From assembly GCA_046314355.1 (NCBI GenBank), contig JBKBWQ010000001.1, positions 608,001 through 672,000 on the forward strand: DNA of 64,000 nucleotides, written 5' to 3'. Under the pieces are notes generated by a model that was given only the letters and a program-made list of their open reading frames with translations, did not search any database and was not told where the DNA came from. Each line of letters begins with the position of its first letter. Position 1 is the stretch's first letter. Both the position numbers and the translations under genes were made by a program. This document shows positions 43,641 through 55,400 of this stretch, piece after piece. Source of the stretch: Candidatus Altimarinota bacterium. Lineage in GTDB: Bacteria > Patescibacteriota > Gracilibacteria > 1-14-2-50-48-13.

Positions 43641-46600
43641 TTAGGTGTTTGTCAATGAGTTTTTTCGGTAGAAATGCTCTCCAGTCGGGATTGGTTTACC
43701 GATGATTACATTCTCCTTAAGTCCCTTAAGAAGGTCTACCATTCTCTTCACTGAAGCCTCAACTAGGATACGGATAGTCTCCTGGAATGATGCTGCTGAA
43801 AGCCATGACTCAGTATAAGTTGCAACCTTCGTAAGTCCGAAGAGAAGTCTCTCATATTCTGCAGCTCTCTTTCCTTCTAGGATTACTCCTCTATTGAGCT
43901 TATCAAGTCTTCCAAGGTTGATGATTTCACCTGGAAGAAGTCCTGTATCTCCTGACTCAACAATCTTTACCTTAGAGAACATCTGCTTCACTACAATCTC
44001 AAGATGCTTATCATTGATACTCTGTCCCTGAGATGTATAGATAGTCTGAACGTCATCGATAATGTACTCCTGTGTAGGCTGTACTCCTCGAAGTTCAAGA
44101 TTCTTTCGAAGATCAAGATGTCCTTCAGAAATCTTCTCTCCAGTCATAATTCTCTGACCATCCTTGATCACAAGAATAAATCGAGATGGGATCTTATACT
44201 CCTTCACAGCAAAGTCAGTATGTCGGATACCTACAGTATGGTCCCCAAGTACCTCAACCTTACCTCCAAGTCTTGCTTTGATCACATTCTTATCTACCTG
44301 TGATCTTGCAATAACCTGTCCTGCTTTTACTAGTTCATCCTTCTTTACTGCAGGTTTGAACATAGAGAGATGGTACATGTCGAGAGCAAGCTCATCGGCA
44401 GTAATGACAACCTCCGTATAGTCTTTCTTCTGTGTAAGTGCAACTATTCCTGAAATCTCAGTAATAAATGCTGGTGTCTTTGGAGAACGTGCCTCAAAGA
44501 GCTCTTCAACTCGGTTAAGACCAAGTGTAACGTCAGCACCACCCGCAACTCCTCCCGTATGGAAGGTTCGCATTGTAAGCTGTGTACCTGGCTCTCCGAT
44601 ACTCTGCGCTGCAATAACTCCAACCGCAGTTCCAATCTCTACGACCTTGTTTGATCCAAGATCAAATCCGTAACATTTTCGGCATACTCCGTTTTCTGTA
44701 TGACAAGTAATTACTGAACGGATAGAAATGTTATCTACATCTCTTTCCTCAAGTACCTTCTGAAGTTTGTAGTCCACAGGAGATCCTGTCTCTGCAAGTA
44801 CCTCTCCTGTTTTACTTTCAATCAATGGCTCAGCGAGAAGTCTTCCGAAGAGCTTTGTCTCGATAAGATCTGAAAGTCTACCATTAACTGGCTTAGGAAT
44901 AACTCGGAACTCTTCAGTCCCACAGTCTTCTTCTTTGATAAGAATATCCTGTGTAGAGTCAACGAGACGTCGAGTAAGATATCCGGCATTCGCTGTCTTA
45001 AGAGCGGTATCGGCCTTACCTTTTCGTCCTGAATGGGCTGCGATAAAGAACTCCAAGATTGAGAATCCTTCAGTAAAGTTTGACCTTACTGGAAGCTCAA
45101 TAATCTTACCTGATGGAGATACAACTGATCCCTTCATTCCTGAGATCTGAGAAAGGTTATCAATATTACCTCGGGCTCCAGAGCGGATCATGTATGTTAC
45201 ATGATTGTACTCATCAAGCTTCGCTGCAACCAACGCCGTAATCTGCTTCTTTACATCAAGCCATTTCTGTACTACATGCTGGTATCTTTCTTTCTGAGAA
45301 AGGAATCCCTTATAATGAAGATTTACGATCTTTCGTACCTCTTCCTCAGTATCACTAAGCATCTTATACTTCTCTATTGGAGTCACCATGTCTCTATATC
45401 CCATGCTGAGACCAGAGTATGTAGCGTATTTGAATCCAAGTTTCTTAAGTCCGTCACAAAGATGAGCAGTTTCTTCCTCACCTACAGTGTTAAGACAAAG
45501 CATTACAAGTTTTTCAATCTCCTTCTTATTCATCGGGATATTGATAAATCGTAGCTGCTCTGGAAGAATCTCGTTGAAAAGGATTCGTCCAATAGTAGTC
45601 TCAATAATCTTACCATTAATACGTACATCGATCATCTGCTGAAGTTTTACTACTCCAAGCTCGTATGCTCGAAGTGCTTCATGAATATCGTAGAATCTGC
45701 TGAGAGATTTCTCAATTCGTGCATCAACCTTTGTAAGATAGTAGTATCCAAGGATCATATCCTTCGTAGGAGTTGTTACCGGGCTACCTCCTGCTGGCTT
45801 CAAAAGATTCTTTACAGAAGATATTACATTCTTAGCCTCATTCTGAGCTCTGTCAGAGAGAGGAAGATGTACAGCCATCTGGTCTCCGTCAAAGTCGGCG
45901 TTGAAGGCTGTACATACGAGAGGATGAACTCGAATAGCTTTTCCGTCGATAAGTACTGGCTGGAATGCCTGAATACCAAGTCGGTGAAGAGTTGGAGCTC
46001 GGTTCAAAAGAACATATCTGTCATGAGTAATATACTCAAGGATATCCCATACCTCTTTCTTGTTAGATGCGATTACTCGCTCTGCATTCTTGAGGTTATA
46101 TGCGAGACCTGTTCGGATAAGCTCTCCGATAACGAAAGGCTTAAAGAGTTTAAGTGCCATTTCCTTTGGAAGTCCGCACTGATGAAGAAGAAGTTCAGGA
46201 CCTACTACGATTACAGAACGTCCAGAGTAGTCTACTCGTTTTCCAAGAAGGTTCTGTCGGAATCGTCCCTGCTTACCCTTAAGCATGTCAGAGAGAGATC
46301 GAAGTTTTCTTCTTTCATTAACGTTGAATGTAGTCTTTCCCTGTCGTGCATCAGAATTCAAAAGTGCATCTACCGCTTCCTGAAGCATTCGCTTCTCATT
46401 TCGGCAGATAACCTCTGGTGCGTTGATTTCAAGAAGTCTTTTAAGACGGTTGTTTCGGTTGATTACTCTTCGATAAAGATCGTTAAGATCAGATGCAGCA
46501 AAACGTCCTCCATCGAGCTGTACCATTGGTCGAAGATCTGGTGGGATAACTGGAAGTACAGTTAAGATCATCCACTCAGGGCGAACATTAGCAGTCTTGA

Positions 46601-47456
46601 TACTTGAAGCAAGCTTCAATCTCTTGATAATTTTCTTCTGCTTCTGTCCTGAAGTCTTTGTAAGTTCTACTTTTCGCTCTTCAATAAATTCATCAAGATC
46701 AATCTTTTCTACAATATATCTAAGAGCCTCAGCTCCGATACCAGCCTTGAACACATGTCCAAACTGCATAGAAAGTTCTCGGTACTCCATCTCAGATGCG
46801 ATCTGTCCAACCTTAAGTTTTTTAAGATCGTCCTTAGATTTAGTATAGTTTTCTTTAAGCTCATCTATCTTTGCTGCATATTCAGCATCGACTTCAGCAG
46901 TATCAAGCTTTTCAGCCTTTGCCTTTGTAACAGCAAGCTGATGCTCCTGCTTCATCTGAGCTGTTAAGCTCTTGTTTTCCTCGTCTAGCTCAAGAGAAGC
47001 TTTCTCTCTCTGCTCTTCATCAAGATCAGTAATGATATAGGCAGCAAAGTATACTACCTGCTCAAGCTGTTTCACTGGAAGATTGAGGAGAAGACCTATT
47101 CGGCTTGGAGTAGATCTAAGATACCAGATGTGAGTAACTGGAACTGCGAGTTTGATATGAGCCATTCGCTCTCGTCGCACGATACTTCTTGTAACCTCAA
47201 CTCCACATTTTTCACAAACTACACCTTCGTACCGTACTCTTTTATATTTTCCACAGTAACACTGCCAGTTCTTTGTAGGACCGAAGATTTTTTCACAGAA
47301 GAGTCCACCTCTTTCCGGTTTTTGAGTTCGGTAGTTGATGGTCTCTGGTTTTACAACCTCTCCGTATGACCAGGACATGATATCATCCGGTGACGCCACC
47401 GCCACGGAGATTGCTTCAAAGTCCGTTATTTTACTATTCTTTGTAACCTGAGGCAT
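43641..47456 (-). CDS. rpoC: DNA-directed RNA polymerase subunit beta'
   Basis: NADFDGDQMAVH, N-terminal zinc finger, QLTMRTFH. Confidence 0.98.
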   Translation of the reverse strand: MPQVTKNSKITDFEAISVAVASPDDIMSWSYGEVVKPETINYRTQKPERGGLFCEKIFGPTKNWQCYCGKYKRVRYEGVVCEKCGVEVTRSIVRRERMAHIKLAVPVTHIWYLRSTPSRIGLLLNLPVKQLEQVVYFAAYIITDLDEEQREKASLELDEENKSLTAQMKQEHQLAVTKAKAEKLDTAEVDAEYAAKIDELKENYTKSKDDLKKLKVGQIASEMEYRELSMQFGHVFKAGIGAEALRYIVEKIDLDEFIEERKVELTKTSGQKQKKIIKRLKLASSIKTANVRPEWMILTVLPVIPPDLRPMVQLDGGRFAASDLNDLYRRVINRNNRLKRLLEINAPEVICRNEKRMLQEAVDALLNSDARQGKTTFNVNERRKLRSLSDMLKGKQGRFRQNLLGKRVDYSGRSVIVVGPELLLHQCGLPKEMALKLFKPFVIGELIRTGLAYNLKNAERVIASNKKEVWDILEYITHDRYVLLNRAPTLHRLGIQAFQPVLIDGKAIRVHPLVCTAFNADFDGDQMAVHLPLSDRAQNEAKNVISSVKNLLKPAGGSPVTTPTKDMILGYYYLTKVDARIEKSLSRFYDIHEALRAYELGVVKLQQMIDVRINGKIIETTIGRILFNEILPEQLRFINIPMNKKEIEKLVMLCLNTVGEEETAHLCDGLKKLGFKYATYSGLSMGYRDMVTPIEKYKMLSDTEEEVRKIVNLHYKGFLSQKERYQHVVQKWLDVKKQITALVAAKLDEYNHVTYMIRSGARGNIDNLSQISGMKGSVVSPSGKIIELPVRSNFTEGFSILEFFIAAHSGRKGKADTALKTANAGYLTRRLVDSTQDILIKEEDCGTEEFRVIPKPVNGRLSDLIETKLFGRLLAEPLIESKTGEVLAETGSPVDYKLQKVLEERDVDNISIRSVITCHTENGVCRKCYGFDLGSNKVVEIGTAVGVIAAQSIGEPGTQLTMRTFHTGGVAGGADVTLGLNRVEELFEARSPKTPAFITEISGIVALTQKKDYTEVVITADELALDMYHLSMFKPAVKKDELVKAGQVIARSQVDKNVIKARLGGKVEVLGDHTVGIRHTDFAVKEYKIPSRFILVIKDGQRIMTGEKISEGHLDLRKNLELRGVQPTQEYIIDDVQTIYTSQGQSINDKHLEIVVKQMFSKVKIVESGDTGLLPGEIINLGRLDKLNRGVILEGKRAAEYERLLFGLTKVATYTESWLSAASFQETIRILVEASVKRMVDLLKGLKENVIIGKPIPTGEHFYRKNSLTNT

Positions 47457-47562
47457 ATGTAAATAATTTGTAATTAAAGTATTTTTACACGGGATTACTT
47501 TCCCCTTTACACCCCTCGTCGCTCCTGGATGGAGCTATGAGGGGCGAGTAACCGCTTTGCGA

Positions 47563-50500
47563 TTACTCGTCATCATCTGCCATTGCATCTTCAAATGTCA
47601 TAATCTGACCAAGCTGATCTATCTCCTCCTGAGTGAGAAGGTCTACTCGAAGACCAAGACTCTGTAACTCCTTCACCAATACATTAAATGATGCTGGGAT
47701 ATTTGGATTTCTAATTGGCTCACCCTTCACGATTGACTCATAAGCCTTTGCTCGTCCTAACACGTCATCTGACTTAATAGTAAGCATTTCCTGAAGAGTA
47801 TATGCTGCTCCGTATGCCTCGAGAGCCCAAACTTCCATCTCTCCGAAACGCTGTCCTCCGTGCTGAGCTTTACCTCCGAGCGGCTGCTGCGTAACAAGAG
47901 AGTAAGGTCCGACACTTCGTGCATGGATCTTGTCCTCAACGAGATGATGAAGTTTCATCATATATGTAATACCAACAGTAGTGATTTCTTTGAATGCCTC
48001 ACCTGTGAGTCCATCATAGAGCTGCGCTTTACCGCTAGCAGGAAGTCCTGCCTGCTCAAGGATTGACTGGATCTGGTCATTTGTAATACCGTTCAAGACT
48101 GGAGTTGCAACCTTGATACCGAGTTTCTTTGCTGCCCATCCAAGATGAACCTCAAGAAGCTGTCCAATGTTCATTCGAGAGAATACTCCAAGCGGATTCA
48201 AGATGATATCCACTGGCGTTCCGTCTGCAAGATACGGCATGTTTTCTATTGCAACGATGTTTGAGATAACACCTTTATTTCCGTGTCGTCCCGCCATCTT
48301 ATCTCCTACTTCTATCTTTCTCCATTGAGCAACAAAGACTTTAATCTGCTTGAGTACTCCTGTAGGAAGATCATCTCCTGCCTGTCTTGTAAGGATATGT
48401 ACAGCTACAACCTTTCCTCCTTCTCCTCCTGGAAGTCTGAGAGATGTATCTTTTACATCCTTTGCCTTTTCTCCGAAGATCGCCTGAAGAAGTCTTTCTT
48501 CTGCAGTGATTTCAGTCTCACCCTTTGGAGTAATCTTACCGACAAGGATATCTCCTTCTTTGATAGTTGCTCCGATTCGAACGATACCGTCTTCATCAAG
48601 ATCCTTAAGCTTCGCATCTCCTACATTTGGAATATCACGAGTGATAATTTCAGCTCCAAGCTTAGTATCATGTACATCTATTGAGAAGTCCTCGATATGA
48701 ATAGAACTAAAGAGATCATTTTCAAATACTCTCTTTGAAACGATAATCGCATCCTCATAGTTGTATCCGAACCATGGCATATATGCCACAAGCAGGTTTC
48801 GTCCAAGAGAAAGTTCTCCATGGTCGATAGCAGATCCGTCTACAAGTACGTCTCCCTTCTTAAGTTTCTGTCCCTTGAATACCACAGGCTTCTGATGAAG
48901 AACTGTAGACTGGTTGGAACGTGTAAATGTCTCAAGGAAATAAGTCTTTTTCTTTCCGCTCTTATACATAGCTACAACCTTAGTTGCATCTACATTCATA
49001 ACTTCTCCATCTTCCTCTGCTTCGATCACATATCCTGACTTTCGTCCGATCACACGCTCCATACCTGTACCTACTACTGGAGCTTCTGCTCTAAGAGGCG
49101 GTACAACCTGTCGCTGCATGATAGATCCCATGTTTAGACGTGTCGCGTCATCATGTTCCGCAAATGGAATAAGTGCAGTTGTAACTGATACGATCTGTCT
49201 TGGAGAAATATCGATATGCGTAATATCATTTCTATGCATAAGATTCGGATCTGCATTATGTCTTGCAGGAACTCGCTTATCTACAAAGTTTCCATGAACA
49301 TCAAGGAGAGAACTTGCCTGCGCTATATAGAGTCTCTCTTCTTCTTCCGCATCAAAGTATTTTACATCTTCTGTTATATATGGATGTACAAAGATTTCCT
49401 TATCCTTTGATTCTTTCTTTATCTTAGCTGCTGCTGCCTCATCAATAAGAGTATCTTCAGCAACAATGACCTTCCCTTTTGCATCTACGATATCTCGTCG
49501 TGCTCTTCGGTTGATAAGTGCTACTCCATCATTTGCAGCTGTCTGATTGACACCTCTATATGGAGTCTCGATGAATCCGTATTTATTTACCCGTGCATAT
49601 GTCGCAAGATGTACCACAAGTCCGATATTTGGACCTTCTGGCGTAGCAATCGGACAGATACGTCCATAATGTGATGTATGTACGTCTCGTACTTCAAAAC
49701 TTGCTCTCTCTCTTGAAAGACCTCCTGGTCCCATGGCAGAGATACGTCTCTTATGCTCAAGCTCTGAAAGAGGGTTCGTCTGGTCCATAAACTGTGAAAG
49801 CTGTGAACTCGTGAAGAACTCCTTGAGAGAAGCTGTAAGTGGTCGAGAGTTGATAAGCTGTGTTGGAGTAACTGCCTCAAGATCCATCATAGAAAGACGG
49901 TCTCGTACAATTCGCTCAGTTCGGAGAAGTCCGATTCGGAACTTGTTCTGGACAAGCTCACCCACAGATCGAACACGTCGATTGGAAAGATGGTCGATAT
50001 CATCTGGTCGTGCATCTCCTTTGTTTAGGAGAAGAACATGACGGATAACACGCACAAGGTCTTCCTTCATTAGGATTCTATTTTCTTTATCAAAAGGAAG
50101 ATCCACCTGGAATTTCTTATTGATCTTATATCTAGCTACTACTCCCATGTCATACTTACGGAAGTCAAAGAACATACTCTCGATAAGTGCCCGAGCATTC
50201 TCAGCAGTCGCAAGATCACCTGGTCGGATTCTCTTATAGATAAGCTGGCATGCTTCAGCCTGCGTTTTTGCAGGATCTTTCTCAAGAGTTCTAAGGATAG
50301 CATCGTCCTCAAGGGAGAGTTCCATGTCCTTAAATAGAGAAATAATCTCCTTATCTTCCTTATATCCAAAAGCTCGGAGAAGTGCAGTAATAGGGATCTT
50401 TCTTTTTCGGTCAATTTTTACACTCATGAGACCTTTCTTATCAGTCTCTATTTCAAGCCATGCTCCTCTTTTTGGAATTACCTTCGCATTAAAGAGACCT

Positions 50501-51048
50501 GGCGCTGCAGGATTTTCAACAAAGAACACACCCTGTGATCGAACGATCTGGTTAACTACAACTCGCTCAATACCGTTGATAATAAAGGTACCTCGCTCAG
50601 TCATAAGTGGAATACCTCCAAGGAAGATATCCTGCTCTTTAATTTCTCCTGTCTCCTTGTTCACCATCTGTACGTGAACTTTAAGGGCAGCCTCATAGTT
50701 CAAGTTTTTAAGCTTTACTTCCTTCACTGTATAGCGAGGTCGCTCAAGCTCATAGTCCTTGAAATATAATTCTATTTTCTTTCCTGAAACGTCTGAAATA
50801 GGAGATACTTCATCAAGAAGCTCTCGAATTCCCTCTTCAAGGAACCATCTATATGAATCAGTCTGTACTTCTAAAAGATCTGGATATGGATAATCCTCTT
50901 TATCTTGTGTATAATAGTTTCTTCCATCAAGAACAGAAGTCGGCTTTGCCTCTGGCATCATCTGTACTTCATCTTTTTTCTTCGCTTTCGGTGCTTCTGC
51001 TACTTCTGCAGGCACGGCTTTCTTTGCTTTTGCAGGCTTATTTGGCAT
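47563..51048 (-). CDS. rpoB: DNA-directed RNA polymerase subunit beta
   Basis: SQLSQFMDQTNPLSE, GDKMAGRHGNKG, GGQRFGEME. Start MPNKP at 51048. Confidence 0.98.
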   Translation of the reverse strand: MPNKPAKAKKAVPAEVAEAPKAKKKDEVQMMPEAKPTSVLDGRNYYTQDKEDYPYPDLLEVQTDSYRWFLEEGIRELLDEVSPISDVSGKKIELYFKDYELERPRYTVKEVKLKNLNYEAALKVHVQMVNKETGEIKEQDIFLGGIPLMTERGTFIINGIERVVVNQIVRSQGVFFVENPAAPGLFNAKVIPKRGAWLEIETDKKGLMSVKIDRKRKIPITALLRAFGYKEDKEIISLFKDMELSLEDDAILRTLEKDPAKTQAEACQLIYKRIRPGDLATAENARALIESMFFDFRKYDMGVVARYKINKKFQVDLPFDKENRILMKEDLVRVIRHVLLLNKGDARPDDIDHLSNRRVRSVGELVQNKFRIGLLRTERIVRDRLSMMDLEAVTPTQLINSRPLTASLKEFFTSSQLSQFMDQTNPLSELEHKRRISAMGPGGLSRERASFEVRDVHTSHYGRICPIATPEGPNIGLVVHLATYARVNKYGFIETPYRGVNQTAANDGVALINRRARRDIVDAKGKVIVAEDTLIDEAAAAKIKKESKDKEIFVHPYITEDVKYFDAEEEERLYIAQASSLLDVHGNFVDKRVPARHNADPNLMHRNDITHIDISPRQIVSVTTALIPFAEHDDATRLNMGSIMQRQVVPPLRAEAPVVGTGMERVIGRKSGYVIEAEEDGEVMNVDATKVVAMYKSGKKKTYFLETFTRSNQSTVLHQKPVVFKGQKLKKGDVLVDGSAIDHGELSLGRNLLVAYMPWFGYNYEDAIIVSKRVFENDLFSSIHIEDFSIDVHDTKLGAEIITRDIPNVGDAKLKDLDEDGIVRIGATIKEGDILVGKITPKGETEITAEERLLQAIFGEKAKDVKDTSLRLPGGEGGKVVAVHILTRQAGDDLPTGVLKQIKVFVAQWRKIEVGDKMAGRHGNKGVISNIVAIENMPYLADGTPVDIILNPLGVFSRMNIGQLLEVHLGWAAKKLGIKVATPVLNGITNDQIQSILEQAGLPASGKAQLYDGLTGEAFKEITTVGITYMMKLHHLVEDKIHARSVGPYSLVTQQPLGGKAQHGGQRFGEMEVWALEAYGAAYTLQEMLTIKSDDVLGRAKAYESIVKGEPIRNPNIPASFNVLVKELQSLGLRVDLLTQEEIDQLGQIMTFEDAMADDDE

Positions 51049-51216
51049 ACGCGTGTAAAGATGGTAAATAAAAAAGTACATGCTTTTTTGCAATACTCCC
51101 CTGTTTTGCAAGAGAATATTTACGTCTTGAGCGAACGTTTTACCAATCAGTACACACTCGTTATATGATTGCTCAAGAACTTATTGTAGTTGTTGTTTCA
51201 GATGAAACAGCAGTGA

Positions 51217-51420
51217 TTACATCGCTGCCTTTCTCTGAAGTTTTGCAAGAGTACGGATTGCTCGCGTACTAAGAGTTACTCGGATCTTAGTCCCAGTGAA
51301 AGGATCCATGATCCACTTCTTCTGAAGATTAGCTCCGAAAGTTCTCCTTGTTTTGCGGTTGGAATGACTGACATTGTTTCCAAAAGTCGTCTTCTTTCCT
51401 GTAAGAGCACATTTAGCCAT
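51217..51420 (-). CDS. rpmB: 50S ribosomal protein L28
   Basis: CALTGKKTTFGNNVSHSNRKTRRTFGANLQ. Confidence 0.96.
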   Translation of the reverse strand: MAKCALTGKKTTFGNNVSHSNRKTRRTFGANLQKKWIMDPFTGTKIRVTLSTRAIRTLAKLQRKAAM

Positions 51421-51549
51421 AGAAATTCAAGTTTACAAAACCCTGACTAGGAATATAATAGTAGCGATACTTCTGGCTTTTACCTTAAGAACGCTATTTG
51501 TAATAGTAGTGATTTTTAATCTGGTTGCAAGCTCATTTTCATTTTTATC

Positions 51550-52182
51550 ATGGACTTCTCACAACTGTTTTTGTCTTTTGTAAATATTCTAACCCTCCTA
51601 CTAGCAATCGTACTTGGAATCACGGTCCATGAAGCTGCTCATGCTTGGGTAGCAAACAAACTTGGAGATCCTACAGCAAAACTTGAAGGAAGAATTTCTC
51701 TTAATCCCCTCGCACATCTAGATCCTATAGGAACTATCAGTCTGCTTGTCATGCATATGGGATGGGGAAAGTCAGTGCCTTATAACCCAAATAACTTTAA
51801 ACATCCAGTACGGGATGCCATACTTACTGCCCTAGCAGGTCCTGCCGCAAATCTTCTCTTGGCAATGATTCTAATCATTCCCCTCAAACATCTTGTCTCT
51901 CCAGATCATATCATTGCGGTAATACTTGCAGGTATCATTGAGATCAATATCGTTCTTATGGTTTTTAACCTTCTTCCGATACCACCGCTGGATGGCTCAA
52001 AGCTGCTTTTGATTATTTTTTCAAAGGATAAATTTAAGGATCTTCAGCAGTATGCATATATTCCCTCTCTCGTATTTATTGGACTGATCGGTGTAGAGGC
52101 AATCTTTGGAATACCTCTTCTGTCTCGCGTATTAGGTCCCATAGTCTCATTGATATATATTTCCCTCTTTCAAATAAGCTAA
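51550..52182 (+). CDS. Site-2 protease family (M50) metalloprotease
   Basis: HEAAH, LAGPAAN and FNLLPIPPLDG motifs. Confidence 0.93.
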   Translation: MDFSQLFLSFVNILTLLLAIVLGITVHEAAHAWVANKLGDPTAKLEGRISLNPLAHLDPIGTISLLVMHMGWGKSVPYNPNNFKHPVRDAILTALAGPAANLLLAMILIIPLKHLVSPDHIIAVILAGIIEINIVLMVFNLLPIPPLDGSKLLLIIFSKDKFKDLQQYAYIPSLVFIGLIGVEAIFGIPLLSRVLGPIVSLIYISLFQIS

Positions 52183-52260
52183 TAATCTCAAAAAAACTCT
52201 TGCAATTACTGCTCCATTTCTCTATATTGCAACTACTGTAATTTTGAACATCACATATTT

Positions 52261-52425
52261 ATGCCGGCAATTAACCTAGTATGGCACTGTACTGAGTGCA
52301 ACAGAATCAATCGAGCAAGCCGAATCGGAGCTAAAGCTGAAAAGAAGATTTCTCGAAAAGTTTTCTGCAATCAGTGCAGAAAGCATAACCTTCATAATAC
52401 AAAGGTACCTAAGGGAAAGAAATAA
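52261..52425 (+). CDS. rpmG: 50S ribosomal protein L33 (zinc-binding, divergent)
   Basis: Not in the ORF track. Manual translation gives MPAINLVWHCTECNRINRASRIGAKAEKKISRKVFCNQCRKHNLHNTKVPKGKK, with the L33 pattern CTEC...K[FY]CxxCRKH.LH. Confidence 0.8.
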   Translation: MPAINLVWHCTECNRINRASRIGAKAEKKISRKVFCNQCRKHNLHNTKVPKGKK

Positions 52426-52439
52426 CATCTCTTGATGTT

Positions 52440-52480
52440 CAAATAAAAAACACCGCGTCAAACGCGGTGTTTTTTATTTG
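52440..52480. terminator. Bidirectional intrinsic terminator
   Basis: CAAATAAAAAACACCGCGT-CAA-ACGCGGTGTTTTTTATTTG. Confidence 0.85.
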
Positions 52481-52492
52481 AATTCCCACTCA

Positions 52493-55400
52493 TTATTCAG
52501 GAAACACGATCTCGACTTTCTTTGTAGATGAATCTTCAAGTACTGGATATACGATACCCTTCTCTTGAATAACCTTAGTAACCAATACTGCGGCTTCACC
52601 TCGGGTAATGGAATCAGTAGGGGCAAACTTTCTCACACCATTCTCTGTTCTACCTTCCACATACCCTTCCGTTGTTACATAAAGCACATACTTTGCGTAC
52701 CAGCTCTCTACAGCTACGTCCGGCATCACAACATATGTATACGTAGGATGTGCCTTTCTCCATGCTACAAACTGCGCTGTGATAGTATCCTCTGAGGCGC
52801 CGCTTGCGAGAGCAATCATCTTCGCGGCTTCGGCTCTCTGTATAGAGTTTCCTGGTTTGAAGAAATTGTTGTCATACCCGCTGGCAATACCTGCCTGGAA
52901 TATGGAACGTACATATGTATAGAACCACTCCGATGGAGATACGTCATTAAAGGTAAGTGCTGCACCTTTGTTTTCCGTACTGACTCTAAAGGCATTTCTG
53001 ACGATTTTTGAAAACTCTGCTCTATTTACAGCTGTATTAACCGCAAATGTACCATCGGGATTTCCCTGCATAATTCCTCTCTGCTGAAGATACTCTACTG
53101 AAGAACGAGCAAAATGTGCAGGTGAGACATCTTTTATATCAGAAGATGGGAGACACGTCGGCGGACAAGTCTGCGCTGAGGATCTCAGCATATTTGAATT
53201 TACCTGAGTATTTCCTGAAACTGCCGTTGAGGTACCTGCATTTGAATAATATGCTCCGCCTCCACTTGAGCTGCCCTTACCTGGAGTCTGAGTTATCAGA
53301 TTAACAGTATTTGTGTCTGGAGTAACAGTAGAGTTGTTATCTGTCGGTTGAGTAGCAGAATTCAAATTGAGATTCTGCTGTCCAGAAGCATCATTAGGAA
53401 TCTCTACTACTGGTGGGGTACCCTCTGGGGTTTCACCTCCAGAAGGAAGAGCATTCATGTTAGCATTTGTAGTATTTTCACTAGGAACTTCTGGTACCAG
53501 AATATTGTTATTATTATTTGTTGGCACCTCCACTATCTGATCAGGATTATTCGCAAGTAGCATTCCGTCTCTTTCAATTTTCACTGCAACAATTGAATGC
53601 TTTGGAAGAGTCACTTGAATGCTTTTTCTCTGAGTATCAATCTTTACCGCACTATCAGCATTTGCGATCTTGACCGGGAATGTTGTAGGAATAGTTTTGC
53701 CATACCATTCTGTAAGATTATTTGTACTTATAGAAGAAGTCTCAGAGAAATCATTTAGAATCTCTGCCTTTATAGAACTGATGTCTACGCCCTGCGGAAT
53801 AATAGCTTCTACCATATGGTCAGCATCAAGATCCAGATTGAGAAGCACCATATAGAGAGCATTTGCATCCTTTGTAACGTACCGCGCAAGGAGATCATAT
53901 TCTTTACCGTCTATGGTTTTCTTTGGTGTATTATTATCATGCCAAGTCAGATCAAACATCCTGTCTCCCATATACTTCCAGAAAAGCTGGAGTGCAAGAG
54001 ATGGAGGAGTTGCTACTGATTTTCCATCAGGATCCTGTGGTCTTGCTCCAGCAGCTCTCAGCGCTGCATTATCGTTCGGCCAGAACCAGCCAACATTAAA
54101 TGTAGACACATCATGATTGATGGCAATATCCACGATACCAGATTTCATGTATTCTCCAAGCATGTGTGCTGTATGGAGTGCATTTCCTAGTGAATAGTAA
54201 TAGCAGTTTGGCTCTTCGGCAATTGTGGAAATTCTACTAAGGTTTGAAGAAGGACAAGCTCCGGGAACTGCATATCCTCCGAAGTTGGTTGCCCACTCAG
54301 TAATTGCGAGACGTACAGTTGAGGCAGCATGCTTTATGTAATCCATTTGTTCTTTAAAGTCCTTAGCTTCCCATACTTTTCTTAAGGTTTTGTAATAAAG
54401 AACTTCATCTTTAAACTTTGAAGTTGCTGCCGTTCCCGGTATAGTTCCTGGTTCTGAGGAAGCTCCAGGATAGAGGTGAGGAGCGATATAGTGCAGACTA
54501 CCAGGAAAATTTTTCTCTACATTGAGTAGTGCATTTGTCCATGCTTCAGGAGTATTATTGAAGCCCATATTTGGACAAAGTGAACGGCTGTTTCCACAAT
54601 AGTTGATTGTAAATGGCTCACTAAGTCCTGCAGCAATAATCTTAATACTCGGATCTACCTTCCTCATTTCCTCTGAGTACACCTTTACTGCAAGAGCGTA
54701 TTCTTCAGGGTTCAGCCAGATAAAGGTCTCATTTCCGATTTCCCAGTAGGTAACTTTTTTCCAGGTAGACTTTCTTGGAGTAGGACATTCAGCAGCAGTA
54801 CCACCGAAGTTCACACACTTTACCCATTGGGCTGCCCATTTTGCACCGTGATGGTATTGGTCAGCACCTGTACGCCATCCTTCTTCTAGAGTAGTATATG
54901 TATCACTCGCATTTCTTCTTGTGGGATCCAGGGTTGGAATACTGGCAATACCAAGATTAACAGTCAAGATAGGCTCAATATTTTGTTCATTAACTAAATC
55001 CAGAAATCTATCATATGTAAGCACACCATAAGCTTGCGGTATAGTTTTTGTACCTTTTGTCACACCTGTTACGTTACCGGCGGCATCTTTTAAAAGGATA
55101 CCGTCTGCATCTGCCTTATATATAGGCGGATTGGAGATAGAAGGGGGCACATAAGACCATTGAGGATTATACCAGTCATAGCTGTCTGAAGACATGCCTC
55201 CTGGAAATCGAAGCATACTTGTATTCAAAGCGTCCTTTCCAAGCGCTTTAAGAAAATTGCCCTCAATGATTTTTTCTTGGCTTGAAAGACTATTTGCATC
55301 TCTTCTTATAAAAGTAAATGCAGTATTTGTAAGGGCAGAGTTAACAAAGGTTTCAACAAAAGTAAATTTTGTAGCCTTACTGATTAATGAATGAAGGATA

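Noticed and set aside
43641-51168. Many antisense and overlapping ORFs in rpoB/rpoC (e.g. 45681-46565, 294 aa)
   Set aside because: Shadow frames of highly biased coding sequence with no protein-like motifs.
52276-52461. 61-aa minus-strand ORF
   Set aside because: Antisense to rpmG and overlaps its terminator.
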